Assembly (NCBI GenBank): GCA_035363095.1 | Contig: DAOSEK010000003.1 | Location: 8,597-72,596, forward strand | From: Candidatus Woesearchaeota archaeon | Lineage (GTDB): Archaea > Nanobdellota > Nanobdellia > Woesearchaeales > UBA119 | Length of the DNA: 64,000 nt | Reading direction: 5' to 3' | Shown: one piece after another, positions 29,200 to 39,381 of the stretch | Layout of the letters: each line of letters begins with the position of its first letter | Position numbering within the stretch: position 1 is the first letter of the stretch | Position numbers and translations under genes: made by a program | Notes under the pieces: model-generated | Database searches by the model: none | What the model was told of the DNA's origin: nothing | What the model saw: the letters and a program-made list of their open reading frames with translations, nothing else

Positions 29200-30408
29200 A
29201 TGAGCGATAATTATAGGTTTACAAGAATTGTTAATATGCAGATTGTACTAGTGGTTTTTTTGATAATTTTTGCAAACTTTGGAGTATCTGCATTATTAGG
29301 AGTTAATAGGGTTAGTTTGACTTATAATGATGTTTTAAGAGGGGGATATGCACAGGATAATGTAGTTATAACAATTGGAAGTGATGAATTAATACCTGTA
29401 AATTTTGAGGCTAAAGGAGATATTAAAGAATGGATACGTTTTGAGCCTTTGGATGGCCCTTTACTTGTAAATAAAGATAATAGTGGCATGCTAAAAATAA
29501 TTGTAGAGCCCCCTATTGATTCTAGAGTAGGAGCTTATGAAGGGAAGGTGCTCATTACTACGGGTTCATTAGGCCGAGTTGAATCCGAGATGGGCTCAAG
29601 TGTCGAGGTTGCCTTTGAATTGAAGATTGTAGTGATTATATCTGATACTCAGATCTTATCATGCAACTCTGGCGGATTTGAGATAAAAGACTCTGAGATT
29701 GGACAACCTAATGAATTTTTTGCAACAATTATGAATAATGGCAATGTGAGAATTAAACCATTTATTGAATTTAAAATTTTTGACCAATTGCAAGAACAAG
29801 AGATACTAAGTACGTCATATTTATCTAAAAATGAAATATTACCCACTACATCTCAAGAGATTATTGATTTTATAGAGTTAAATCTTTCAAAAGGACAGTA
29901 CTGGGTTGAGATTAAAAGTTCTGAATGCAGTGGAGATGGTGCACTTAGAACTTTTTCTATACTTGAGAAAGGAGAAATTGGTGATGTTGGCGAGTTTGTG
30001 AGAATAGATAATTTGCCTTGGGCAAGTACTAAAGAGTTAATCCCTATTGTCGCTCATTTCAGAAATAGAGGAGAGAGAAGTGTGTCTGCACAATTTAAAG
30101 GAACTATTAGTAAGGATGGTAAAATTGTCCAAGTTTTAGAATCTGATATTTTAACCGTTGCACCACAGGAAACAGTACCTATTGAAATGTTTTTTAGCCC
30201 AAAAGATATTGGTCAGTACAAAATTAATGGCAGGGTATACTACAACAACAAAATTACCTTTCAAAAGGGTTCTATTATTAATGTTAATCCATCTAATTCA
30301 TTGGAAGAATCAAATGGGGAATTTATGTTAAGTATAATTTTATCGGTAATAATTGTAATTATAGCAGTATTTGTTTTCTTGATAATAAAAAGGAAAAAAA
30401 ATAAATGA
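29200..30408 (+). CDS. Large surface protein with N-terminal signal anchor and C-terminal TM anchor + basic tail
   Basis: N-terminal VLVVFLIIFANFGVSA; C-terminal ILSVIIVIIAVFVFLIIKRKKNK. Confidence 0.5.
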   Translation: MSDNYRFTRIVNMQIVLVVFLIIFANFGVSALLGVNRVSLTYNDVLRGGYAQDNVVITIGSDELIPVNFEAKGDIKEWIRFEPLDGPLLVNKDNSGMLKIIVEPPIDSRVGAYEGKVLITTGSLGRVESEMGSSVEVAFELKIVVIISDTQILSCNSGGFEIKDSEIGQPNEFFATIMNNGNVRIKPFIEFKIFDQLQEQEILSTSYLSKNEILPTTSQEIIDFIELNLSKGQYWVEIKSSECSGDGALRTFSILEKGEIGDVGEFVRIDNLPWASTKELIPIVAHFRNRGERSVSAQFKGTISKDGKIVQVLESDILTVAPQETVPIEMFFSPKDIGQYKINGRVYYNNKITFQKGSIINVNPSNSLEESNGEFMLSIILSVIIVIIAVFVFLIIKRKKNK

Positions 30409-30535
30409 AGCCTTTAAAGCATAAATGTCCTATGCATCTAGCAGATATTAGAGATTTTTCTTTGGGTTAATCTATCTTATATTAGTTTGAATACTTAGTT
30501 TGATCTCAAATACCAACACCCGCGAATAAAGGACT
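30405..30535. repeat. Partial module of the repeat family (cataaatg...cagatattagag variant)
   Basis: ccttaaagcataaatgtcctatgcatctagcagatattagag matches 32942-32985 and 46770-46790. Confidence 0.6.
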
Positions 30536-30600
30536 TCTCTAGATTAAAGTATGTAAATATTAGGATTTTAAAATATAAAATTATTAAAAAAAACATACTT

Positions 30601-32757
30601 TCAGTAAATTTTTATGTTCTCAGGCGTATGTTGTAGTGAAATGTTTTTTACTGAGCTTAGGTCTTCTAATGAGTTAATTCTTAAAAGATTTAATGATTTG
30701 GTATAAAGCAAATCTTCAATGTATAAACTTCTTTCTACACCTGCACCTAAGTATCTATTAGCACCAGTGGAGTGGTCTATTAAACCTCTTAGTGTTATTG
30801 AGTCTTTACTTATATTGTATACTAAAGCACCATTATAATTTTCAGAGGTTTTCTCATAGTTATAGTTATATCCTGGGATTACCAAGAGGTTTTTTTCTCT
30901 TGAAAACAAGAATGCTTTGTGTTCGTAAAGAGCAGTGGAATCTGAGTAACGCTCTTCTGATAAATAACTTGCAATCTCTTTAGGTTGCGATACATCACTT
31001 ACATCAAAAAGCGATATTTTAAGCCCTTTGATTCTGCCGGTTTGTGTTGCATCTTTTCCAATCCCAATTATTGTTGATTCATCATAAGGATGTAGATAGT
31101 TTGAAAACCCTGGAATTTTTAACTGACCTAACTCTTTGATTTCAAAAGGGTCTGATAAATCAATTACAAAGAATGGATCTATTTGCTTAAAGGTAACCAT
31201 ATAGAGCTTATCCGCAATAAACCTTGTTGAATATATTCTTTCATCCTCAGCAAGACCATCTAGTTTATCAAGAATTTTAAGGTTTTTATCAAGTGTATAT
31301 ATTTGATTTGTTGAAACTTTTCTTGAGGTGTCATAACTAGACCATCTAGGGCTTAATGTCGTTGCAATCCTGAATACTTCGTTATATTCATCCATGGAAA
31401 ATTGATTAATTATACTTCCTGCAACCTTATTATTTGCACTAGGAGTTATTTCACCTTTTTCAACTGAGATCTTATTGATTACCGTAAATTCAAAGGCCTC
31501 AAAATCCTGAAGTTTCTTTTTTATTTCTTCTTCAAGCATATCTTCTATTTCTTCTTGTTTATCAGGATCAAGAGAATTGAAATAATCGTTATATACATTA
31601 AGTATCTTATATCTTTTTTCGTAGAGAGTAAGCACATCATTATCAGTAGCCTTTACTTTTTCGATGTATGTTTTTTGTTTATCTGTTAATTTGTCTTTGA
31701 ACAACTCAATTGTCAAGTCTTGCTTTAACTCGTACTCATTGATATATTTGGTATATGTTATATATATGTTTTCTTGGGACATGTATATGTTTTGAGAGCC
31801 TTCAACCAAGAACGATTTTGATTTGATTTGATTGTCTGGTTTTGCTATATTTAGAGAACTAATTGTAACAAAAATAGGGTTATCGTAAGGTATTGGGTAA
31901 TAGTAAAGATTTGATACATCAACCTGTTTTGGTGTCATTCCCTCGTAATATATAGGAATTGGGTAATCTCTTCGATATGAAGGATAAGTCGTTGTTAAAA
32001 AATATATATAACCTTGCGACATCCTTGAATTAAAGTAGTTTCCTTCAAATTTATACTCAGCCGTAAGGACTGGTGCTGACCTATCAGCGATATCATAAAG
32101 TTCAAAAAAACTGAATTGTTGATTTGGAATATATGCATCTATCGATCTTATAAAAGGGTCATTTCTTCCAATGTTTCCAAAGACTGCTAGATTATCTTCA
32201 TAAATGAAAAGACCAGCTGGAGAGTTATTAAATTTAATTGTAGATATTACTTTGGCATCTTCTCCAGGATATGCCTTGATGATATATAGTATGTTTTTTG
32301 AAATGGTGTATATGTAATTGCCATCTGTTTTAAGTATATCTCCTTCATCAATTCCTGTAACCTGCACATTTGTTTCAGAGTAGTCTAAAGATTCTCCTTT
32401 AGCAACACTTGCTTGAGAAAGAACCATTGAACTATCACTTGCAAGTGAATCCATTGAAAAAGAACTTTCCATGTTTCTTAAATATGGATAAGCATAGTAA
32501 TCTTGATTAGAATTTCGATTTAAAAATTCGAAAACTTCTTCAGCAGACTTAAATTGTAGTGCTTTTAGGTCTTTAGATTTTGCTAGATTTTCAAATGTAT
32601 ATTCTTTTGTTAATCCAGATGGATTCTTTGAAATTGTGATGGTGTTTACACAGGAACTAAAAATAAAGCCCCCTATTAAAATTATAGCTAATACAAAAAT
32701 TAGATTTGTTTTTTGAATACTTTTTTCATTCATAATCGTTTTATCCATTAAAATCAC
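30601..32757 (-). CDS. Secreted beta-propeller domain protein (718 aa)
   Basis: N-terminal signal anchor LIFVLAIILIGGFIFSSC, then repeated strand-like segments consistent with a beta-propeller domain family protein. Confidence 0.5.
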   Translation of the reverse strand: MILMDKTIMNEKSIQKTNLIFVLAIILIGGFIFSSCVNTITISKNPSGLTKEYTFENLAKSKDLKALQFKSAEEVFEFLNRNSNQDYYAYPYLRNMESSFSMDSLASDSSMVLSQASVAKGESLDYSETNVQVTGIDEGDILKTDGNYIYTISKNILYIIKAYPGEDAKVISTIKFNNSPAGLFIYEDNLAVFGNIGRNDPFIRSIDAYIPNQQFSFFELYDIADRSAPVLTAEYKFEGNYFNSRMSQGYIYFLTTTYPSYRRDYPIPIYYEGMTPKQVDVSNLYYYPIPYDNPIFVTISSLNIAKPDNQIKSKSFLVEGSQNIYMSQENIYITYTKYINEYELKQDLTIELFKDKLTDKQKTYIEKVKATDNDVLTLYEKRYKILNVYNDYFNSLDPDKQEEIEDMLEEEIKKKLQDFEAFEFTVINKISVEKGEITPSANNKVAGSIINQFSMDEYNEVFRIATTLSPRWSSYDTSRKVSTNQIYTLDKNLKILDKLDGLAEDERIYSTRFIADKLYMVTFKQIDPFFVIDLSDPFEIKELGQLKIPGFSNYLHPYDESTIIGIGKDATQTGRIKGLKISLFDVSDVSQPKEIASYLSEERYSDSTALYEHKAFLFSREKNLLVIPGYNYNYEKTSENYNGALVYNISKDSITLRGLIDHSTGANRYLGAGVERSLYIEDLLYTKSLNLLRINSLEDLSSVKNISLQHTPENIKIY

Positions 32758-32934
32758 CTTTATGCTCTCTTTGATTGGAGCTTATTAAATTTAATGGTTT
32801 AATCAATTATTTGTAATTTAAATATGTGTTGTATAACTTCTAATATCATTGAAGTGATTTTTAGCAAGAAAGTGATATTGGCAGTATTGTGTGGGTTATA
32901 CATTTATCAGGATTACTTCAATCTTTCTATATTA

Positions 32935-33505
32935 ATAATTAATGAGAAACCTTAAAGCATAAATGCCTTAGGTGTCTTGCAGATAGTTAAATGTTTTCCT
33001 TGCTTAAATTTCTAATTGTTAATCGTTAAGTGAACCCATCTCTTCTTACATAGGACCCAAAAGGTCAAGATGTGTAAAATGAGCTAGACTTCGCAATAAT
33101 GAAAACCCTCTGAATAAATGAAAGGTGACTTGCGAATACTCAAGGTTAATCGTTTAGTGAATCCATTTCTTCAAACTTCAGGCCCAAAGACCAAACCTCA
33201 AGACCAAAGTATGGGAATGAACTGGATTTCATGAAATGAAAAACCTCGGCATAAATGCTCCAGTTATCTCGCGAATAGTTGAGGTTAATCCTTGCATGAA
33301 TCCGTCTATTCAAACCTTAGGCCTCAAAACCAAAGTATGCGAAGTGATGCTGGATTTCACGAAATGGAAAATCAACAATCTCTCCCTAAAAGGCGAGCTA
33401 TGTGCTAATATAAAAGCATGCACTATATTTAGCAAGGTTGTTGATTACAAAAAAGCGTACAGAGTCCTCGTGTTTAAACACGATATCTCCTTCTCTATTA
33501 ATCAA
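32935..33505. repeat. Tandem array of three module variants + core + arm of the repeat family (copy 9, about 570 bp)
   Basis: Successive units start at about 32942, 33056 and 33200 (each ...ccaaag..atgaaaa(a)cc..taaatg..gaggttaatc..gaatcc..caaac). They are followed by tcaacaatctctccctaaaaggcgag...aaggttgttgattacaaaaaagcgtacagagtcctcgtgtttaaacacga. Confidence 0.85.
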
Positions 33506-33711
33506 TGTAAATAAAACATACTAGTACAAAAATTAATTATTTTAAAATTATATATTTGAACGCAGAATACAACTTAGAATATTTGGAATCTAATTAATAA
33601 AATCTAAAGGGATATTATTGAAAATGTTAGTTTTTTGCTCATAATTCAACTAAAAAAGAAAATATTTAAAAATAGAAAACACAAACGCTATTTATAAGAG
33701 GTGTTTTTAGT

Positions 33712-34050
33712 ATGGCTAAAAAGAAAGAAAATAATCAAAATGTGCTTGGGATGCTCTCCCATTTGCTGATTTTTGTTGCAGGATTTGTTGTTCCGCTTAT
33801 CTTTTACCTAATATACAAGGAAGATAAAGCCAATAAGTTTGTTTCTGAGAACGCAAGACACGCTTTGAATTTTTGTATAAGTTTATTTATATATTGGATA
33901 GCAGTTTTTGTGTTATCTTTTGTTGTTATAGGTATTTTCCTTATGCCTGTGCTTGGAATATTTGCGTTTGTAGTAGTAATACTTGCAAGTGTTAAATCTT
34001 ACAAAGGCGAGATATATAAATACCCTTTAGAGATTGAATTTATAAAATAA
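33712..34050 (+). CDS. DUF4870-like small membrane protein
   Basis: TM-x-ENARHALNF-x-TM-TM pattern and 112 aa, characteristic of the DUF4870 family. Confidence 0.45.
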   Translation: MAKKKENNQNVLGMLSHLLIFVAGFVVPLIFYLIYKEDKANKFVSENARHALNFCISLFIYWIAVFVLSFVVIGIFLMPVLGIFAFVVVILASVKSYKGEIYKYPLEIEFIK

Positions 34051-34130
34051 GAAAATAATTTTATTTTTTATTTATTTTTTTTAAGCTTCTGTTCATTTAT
34101 AGCTCACATTGAATGCAAGAAATTTTAGTT

Positions 34131-34544
34131 TTATTCACCGATTATGTGGACTAAAACCCTTTTTCTTCTTTGTCCATCAAATTCACCATAAAATATTTGC
34201 TCCCAAGGACCGAATTCCATATTTCCTTCTTTTAGCGCAATTACCACTTCTCTTCCCATTATCATTCTCCAGTGATGGGCATAACCATTTGTCTCTCCGG
34301 TCTTATTGTGTTCGTAGACTGAATCCTTCGAGGCTAAATTCTCAAGCCATTTCTCAAAATCCTTTAAAAGCCCTTTTTCTGCATCATTTATGAAAACTGA
34401 TGCTGTAACGTGCATTGCATTCACTAATACTAACCCATTTTTAATTGAACTTTTCTGGATTATCTCATCAACCTTAGAAGTAATATTAGAGATTTCAATT
34501 TTCTTTTCGCTTGTTACATATATATATTCTGTGTGTGCCTTCAT
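34131..34544 (-). CDS. YjbQ/UPF0047 family protein (secondary thiamine-phosphate synthase family)
   Basis: [20 protein letters not shown]...[17 protein letters not shown]...[12 protein letters not shown]; 137 aa. Confidence 0.7.
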   Translation of the reverse strand: MKAHTEYIYVTSEKKIEISNITSKVDEIIQKSSIKNGLVLVNAMHVTASVFINDAEKGLLKDFEKWLENLASKDSVYEHNKTGETNGYAHHWRMIMGREVVIALKEGNMEFGPWEQIFYGEFDGQRRKRVLVHIIGE

Positions 34545-34935
34545 ATAAAATCACCTTTTTAATAAGCTATTATTTCCTTCAAATACTTTCTGATTAGTCT
34601 TATATTATAAAACTTATTCTTTTTTGGCGTTATAAGAAATTACTGAATTTTCTATACTTGCGCCTTATACGCTAAATAAGCCCACAAAATGAATTTATTT
34701 ACATTTCTGTCTTCCAAGCAGAAGCATTATTTTAATATGTAGTGTTTCTTTTTGAACAGAGTATAATTTTTAGGATTAAATTAAGTGATAATGCGTCATA
34801 AAACGGCATTTAGAGGTGGTGTTTTCTCATTTTGTTTAGGTAGATAAATGGATAAATTTGTTTAAAATATTATAAAATATGAACAAAAGCAACATAAACC
34901 TATATAAATTATGATTTGACCCCATATTTTAAGAT

Positions 34936-35901
34936 ATGAAGATAAAAAAAAGTCCAGGAATGAGCAGTAACCCGAAAGATAAAAATCGTTCTAAAGGTTT
35001 AATCAAGAGGATTACACTTTTGTCAGCAATAGGGCTTTCTTTTGCTGTTGGTTTTAACTTTATTTACGAAAAAGCAAAGTATGCACATTTTTTACTTAAT
35101 AAGGAGAAATACATACAAGAGTATATACTTACTTCGTTTCATAGTCACTCTCAAACAGGAGGAGGTGATGGTTTTAGAAGTGTTGAATGGATAATAGAGA
35201 ATGCTTATTTGGAGGGTTATGGTATTTATTCTATTACAGACCATGAACAGCCACCAGAATTGAATGCCCACGATACAATGTCTAAACTTGAAGAACTCGC
35301 AGAAACCAACTTTGGGGATTTTGATGTTACCAAAGTTAATGAAACCACTTATAAAGTAACGCATCCAGATAAAGATCATGTGCTTTATGTTTTAAACGGC
35401 GCTGAAATAACTGTTAAACACGAAGGAAGGGACACTCATGTTTTGGGCATAGGAATTAGTAGTGTTCCTGATTCTTCAATGACTCTTGATGAAGTTTTAA
35501 GTAATTTATCAAATCAAGGCGCTTTAATTGGAGCACCTCATCCAACTACAAAAATGGCTTTTGGATTAGGAGAAAATGCAGTAACTCAATACCAAGCATA
35601 TTTTGATTTTTTAGAAGGCAATGGCTCTTTGCCTTTTCCTGTAAATATAATTAAAAATGGTACCGCAGAGAACTTAGCAAAAAAACTAAATATTCCTTAC
35701 CTCACACAAAGTGATGCGCATCTAACTACACTTTATTTTAACAAAGCCCTTGTAATGATTGAAAAAAGCGATACTTTTGATGAGAATAATATAGTTGGAT
35801 TTCTTAAAGAACAAATAAGTGAAGGCAAGTATAAAAATGTATTAATTACTGTTGATAATCTTAAGTTGTATGAGTGGATTTTATTTGGCAAGCGTCAGTA
35901 G
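34936..35901 (+). CDS. PHP-domain metal-dependent phosphoesterase, membrane-anchored
   Basis: FHSHSQTGGGDG...YSITDHEQ histidine motifs typical of PHP; N-terminal TM. Confidence 0.5.
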   Translation: MKIKKSPGMSSNPKDKNRSKGLIKRITLLSAIGLSFAVGFNFIYEKAKYAHFLLNKEKYIQEYILTSFHSHSQTGGGDGFRSVEWIIENAYLEGYGIYSITDHEQPPELNAHDTMSKLEELAETNFGDFDVTKVNETTYKVTHPDKDHVLYVLNGAEITVKHEGRDTHVLGIGISSVPDSSMTLDEVLSNLSNQGALIGAPHPTTKMAFGLGENAVTQYQAYFDFLEGNGSLPFPVNIIKNGTAENLAKKLNIPYLTQSDAHLTTLYFNKALVMIEKSDTFDENNIVGFLKEQISEGKYKNVLITVDNLKLYEWILFGKRQ

Positions 35902-36004
35902 CCAATCTCTGAATTAAGAGAATAAAGTTATTAGATTAAAAGGTTTTTATATATCATTTCTTTTAATACACAATCCTAAGCTAGTTAATTACGATGATAA
36001 TAAT

Positions 36005-36241
36005 TTATCTTATAAACTCAAATCTAGGCAAATTTTTATCTTGATAAACAACAGTTTCTAAAAACATTTCTTTGGGACGAATCCAGATTGCATTTTTACC
36101 AAAATCTTTTGATTCATAAAGCGCCATATATACTACATACTCTTCTAAAGTCTCACTATTTCTCCCAACACCTAATACTGCATAAAAATTGCCTTTATAG
36201 TGCTTGTATATTCCGGTTTTTACATCTTTTGTTTGTGTCAT
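36005..36241 (-). CDS. DUF1653 family protein
   Basis: GIYKHYKGNFYAVLGVGRNSETLEEYVVYMALYES....IWIRPKEMFLETV matches the DUF1653 signature. Confidence 0.6.
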   Translation of the reverse strand: MTQTKDVKTGIYKHYKGNFYAVLGVGRNSETLEEYVVYMALYESKDFGKNAIWIRPKEMFLETVVYQDKNLPRFEFIR

Positions 36242-36628
36242 ACGAGGTTTTTAAATTTTTGAGATATTTAAATCTATTCTTTAACTGTCAAAATACGATT
36301 TAGATATAAGTTAACAAGAACATACTTTGATACAAACCTAAAATTAATAGTTTAGTGTAATTTATTTAATTTAATAAATAATAAATTAGTGTAATTGTTT
36401 ATTTAAAGAAATAACAAAATTATAATAATACTTAATTACAATAACAGAGCAATACAGAATTACAAAAGTACAGCAACACTATAAAAAATTCTTTTTTGAT
36501 TTTTCAAAGAATAAGTCGGTAAAAAACTCAAAATAAGAAAAAAATACAGTATATATACAACTAAAAATTAAAATTTTAAACAACGATTTAGTTAAATATA
36601 AAATTTATAATGTATGCCTAAAACAAAT

Positions 36629-37369
36629 TTAGGATATCTCTGCAAAGAAATAATAGGTACTAGGCGTTGGACTTGTTGGATCCTCAGGAACTATTAACTG
36701 GAAGTTGTAGTTTGCTAAATCATATCCTGCAGTCGAATCCTCAAGTATTGTTGTATAAACAACATTTCCATCTATATCAGATAATAATACCTCTTGGAAA
36801 AATGAATCTTCTGAAACTTCTTGGATACTATCATTTACATAAGTGGATATTGCTCTACAACTACTATTTGATATTTTTACTGTTCCAACATAAAAGGACT
36901 TATGAGTAGTAGTATTAAAAGTATTATTAATACTATCAGATAAAGAGCTATTAATATTGAGAGTACTCTCTTCTGAACTGATATCCGTTGGTTCACTGCA
37001 ATTTATAGTTGACCAATTTATCTGAGAGCTTCTTGATACATATATCTCCCCAGAGATTATTGCAAGGTCCCAGTTATATATTGATTTTCCACTAGCATCA
37101 TCTAAAGTTAATAGCCCTGATATATTACCTACATAGGCCTTCCACCTTTCGGTTTGGAAGCTTCCATTAAGTATCATTGTAGTAAATGAGCCACCAGCCG
37201 TTGTCAGTGAAGCTGCTTGACTAGGAGCAATAGTTTCAGTGACATTATAAGTAATATTAAGACCTGTTGGAATCGCCAATACAATCAAAGGGTTTAATAT
37301 TATACAAAGGCTGATCAGTAATAAAAACAGATATGTGACTTTTATAGATTTAGTTAAAGGAGGTATCAT
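36629..37369 (-). CDS. Secreted N-glycosylation-sequon-rich protein, paralog family member C
   Basis: ERWKAYVGNISGLLTLDDASGKSIYNWDL...EIYVSRSSQINW...YYFFAEIS. Start MIPPLTKS overlaps the upstream stop as ATGA (37366-37369). Confidence 0.55.
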   Translation of the reverse strand: MIPPLTKSIKVTYLFLLLISLCIILNPLIVLAIPTGLNITYNVTETIAPSQAASLTTAGGSFTTMILNGSFQTERWKAYVGNISGLLTLDDASGKSIYNWDLAIISGEIYVSRSSQINWSTINCSEPTDISSEESTLNINSSLSDSINNTFNTTTHKSFYVGTVKISNSSCRAISTYVNDSIQEVSEDSFFQEVLLSDIDGNVVYTTILEDSTAGYDLANYNFQLIVPEDPTSPTPSTYYFFAEIS

Positions 37370-37950
37370 TTTTGAACACCCCCTGATTTTTGATGAGATG
37401 ATTTTTGAGAGTTTAACTTTTTTTGAGCTCTTGATAAAACTGTCCAAATTGTCTTTGGGCTTTTGTTTAGAAGTGATGCGATTTCATTCAAGTTTAGAGA
37501 TTTTTCCTTAAGACTTAGTGAGATACACTCCAAAATAGATAGATTAGAATTTCTAAATACTTCTGTATTTACAAAAAATCCTTTATTTAAGAATAACTCG
37601 GCGGTAAAACGTTTTTGAGTTTTTACAGCGTTATATGTTGACCATATTGTTCTTGGGTCTCTACCTAATAAAACTGCAATCTGAGAAAAAGAAAGGGATT
37701 TCACTTCAATTAAATACTTTACAATTGCTCTAAGTCCACTAATTTTTGTGGAGAAAATTTTAATTGGGAGTTCTACACCTTTTTTTTCAAGTAAATTTTC
37801 TTTTGAAGGCTTTAACAAATCAAAAACAACAGGTCTTCCAAACTCATCAAAACTATCGCCTATATTTACTGAATAAGAAACAGAATACTCGCAATTACCT
37901 GTTTTTTGAAAGAACATATACTTATCATGTAAGAACTTATTTATAAACAT
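37366..37950 (-). CDS. DNA-binding protein with two sigma-70 region-4/LuxR-like HTH repeats
   Basis: LSFSQIAVLLGRDPRTIWSTYNAV and LNLNEIASLLNKSPKTIWTVLSRAQKKL. Stop is translationally coupled (ATGA) to the secreted paralog C. Confidence 0.5.
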   Translation of the reverse strand: MFINKFLHDKYMFFQKTGNCEYSVSYSVNIGDSFDEFGRPVVFDLLKPSKENLLEKKGVELPIKIFSTKISGLRAIVKYLIEVKSLSFSQIAVLLGRDPRTIWSTYNAVKTQKRFTAELFLNKGFFVNTEVFRNSNLSILECISLSLKEKSLNLNEIASLLNKSPKTIWTVLSRAQKKLNSQKSSHQKSGGVQK

Positions 37951-38266
37951 TTCTAAATAAATGATAGATTATACTTATTATGTAAGTGAATATGATAGAT
38001 TTTACTTACTATGTAGGAAATTTAACAATATTTTTGAAAAATGAAAAACCTAGTTATAAACATACAAAAATATCTCAAAAAGTCGATTTTTTTCTTAGTG
38101 ACTCTGTTTTTTGTTGAATGTGTTTTATGTCAGGATTTATTATGTGATATAGGTTTTAAAGATCAAGTTGTGCAAAATGATTGAGTATTTCATAAAAATT
38201 AAGAAATGTAATTATTCCAAATATTTTTAAGCAATTGTTATAAATAAAATAGTTCTTTTTATACTG

Positions 38267-38941
38267 ATGAAAATAAAAGAATTAAGTGAAAGTGATAGGC
38301 CAAGGGAAAGGCTTTCAAAGGTAGGAGTTTCAAATCTATCTGATTCTGAGGTTTTAGCACTTGTACTTCAAATGGGATCTAAAAAAGAGAGTGTGATTGA
38401 ATTAAGTAACAAAATGATCTCACTATTTGGTCTTTTGAATCTTTCAAATGCTACACTTCCAGAGCTTAAACAAATTAACGGTATAGGAGATGCTAAAGCA
38501 ATGAAAATAATTGCTATGTTTGAGATAAATAAAAGAGTTAATAAGTTAAATAGGATAAAAAATACAAAAAAAATTACAATGTCTTGTGATGTCAATGAAA
38601 TATTTTATGAAGAATTAAAGGATGAAAAACAAGAAAATGTATTTTTATTATGTCTTGATAATTCAAATAGTATAATTAGTTCTAGTTTGTTATTCAAAGG
38701 AACTTTAAATGAATCTGTAATACATCCAAGAGAAATTTTTAAAGAGGCTGTAAGATCAAGTGCAAATTCAATAATTCTTGTTCATAACCATCCATCCAAT
38801 AACAAAAATCCGTCTCCAGAAGATATCAAGATCACATCGGTTCTAAATAATGCTGGAGAGATGATGGGAATAAAGCTTTTAGATCATGTAATCATTTCAA
38901 AGGCAGGATTTTTTAGTTTTAAAGACAAAGGAATGCTATGA
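38267..38941 (+). CDS. radC: RadC-like JAB/MPN domain protein
   Basis: N-terminal HhH (RPRERL...LSDSEVLALVL), C-terminal JAB motif ILVHNHPSNN, and a ...SPED... motif. Confidence 0.7.
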   Translation: MKIKELSESDRPRERLSKVGVSNLSDSEVLALVLQMGSKKESVIELSNKMISLFGLLNLSNATLPELKQINGIGDAKAMKIIAMFEINKRVNKLNRIKNTKKITMSCDVNEIFYEELKDEKQENVFLLCLDNSNSIISSSLLFKGTLNESVIHPREIFKEAVRSSANSIILVHNHPSNNKNPSPEDIKITSVLNNAGEMMGIKLLDHVIISKAGFFSFKDKGML

Positions 38942-39381
38942 AATTGATTTTTATAAATATTAATTGTTGTTAAATCAGCCAAAGGATAAAATTATTGTGT
39001 TTTCGTAACTGGCAACAGTGTAGCTAAACACATATGCACTTTTAGAAATGATTATCAGTATAACAGTAAATAAAACCATAAGTATTATACTAACAATGGC
39101 ACTGGTATAAGAATCAAACACTTTCAATTTAAATATTTTCAATCACCTTCAGTTTATATTCTCGCTAAAACCTCATTATCAAGTTGGTTAATTTAGTAAA
39201 AGTTATATTTTGAAGTTATATTTATTTAAATTTGTGTTTATTTCTTAGTGAGAACAAAGATTTATAATAGAGAAAAGATAAAAATGACATGTCTTGTTGT
39301 ATCTCTTATTAATTACAAGTTTAGCAATCTAAAAATTTTAATAAAAAAGGTAGTTTAAACGAAAAGAATAATGGCTTAAAA

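Noticed and set aside
32935-33505. Possible CRISPR array, given regularly spaced similar units
   Set aside because: Units are about 130-145 bp, which is far too long, and they directly abut without unique spacers. They are degenerate rather than near-identical, and no cas genes are present. This is a tandemly concatenated repeat element, not CRISPR.
33236-33514. 92-aa ORF MKNLGINAPVISRIVEVNPCMNPSIQTLGLKTK...
   Set aside because: It lies entirely within the tandem repeat array, and its sequence is the translation of repeat modules. The same peptide fragments (NPSIQTFGLKNQQPHPK...) recur in frames across other copies, e.g. 10114-10308/10295-10483, 14286-14471, 28933-29190 and the tail of 48747-49076. 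It is not a gene.
34109-34393. 94-aa plus-strand ORF overlapping the YjbQ gene
   Set aside because: The opposite-strand 137-aa ORF has clear UPF0047/YjbQ family signatures, and the plus-strand ORF has none.
36629-37447. Long form of the secreted paralog C ORF (start MDSFIKSS...) overlapping 82 bp of the HTH gene
   Set aside because: The internal Met (MIPPLTKS) gives a proper signal peptide and an ATGA stop/start overlap with the upstream gene. The longer N-terminal extension is probably not translated.
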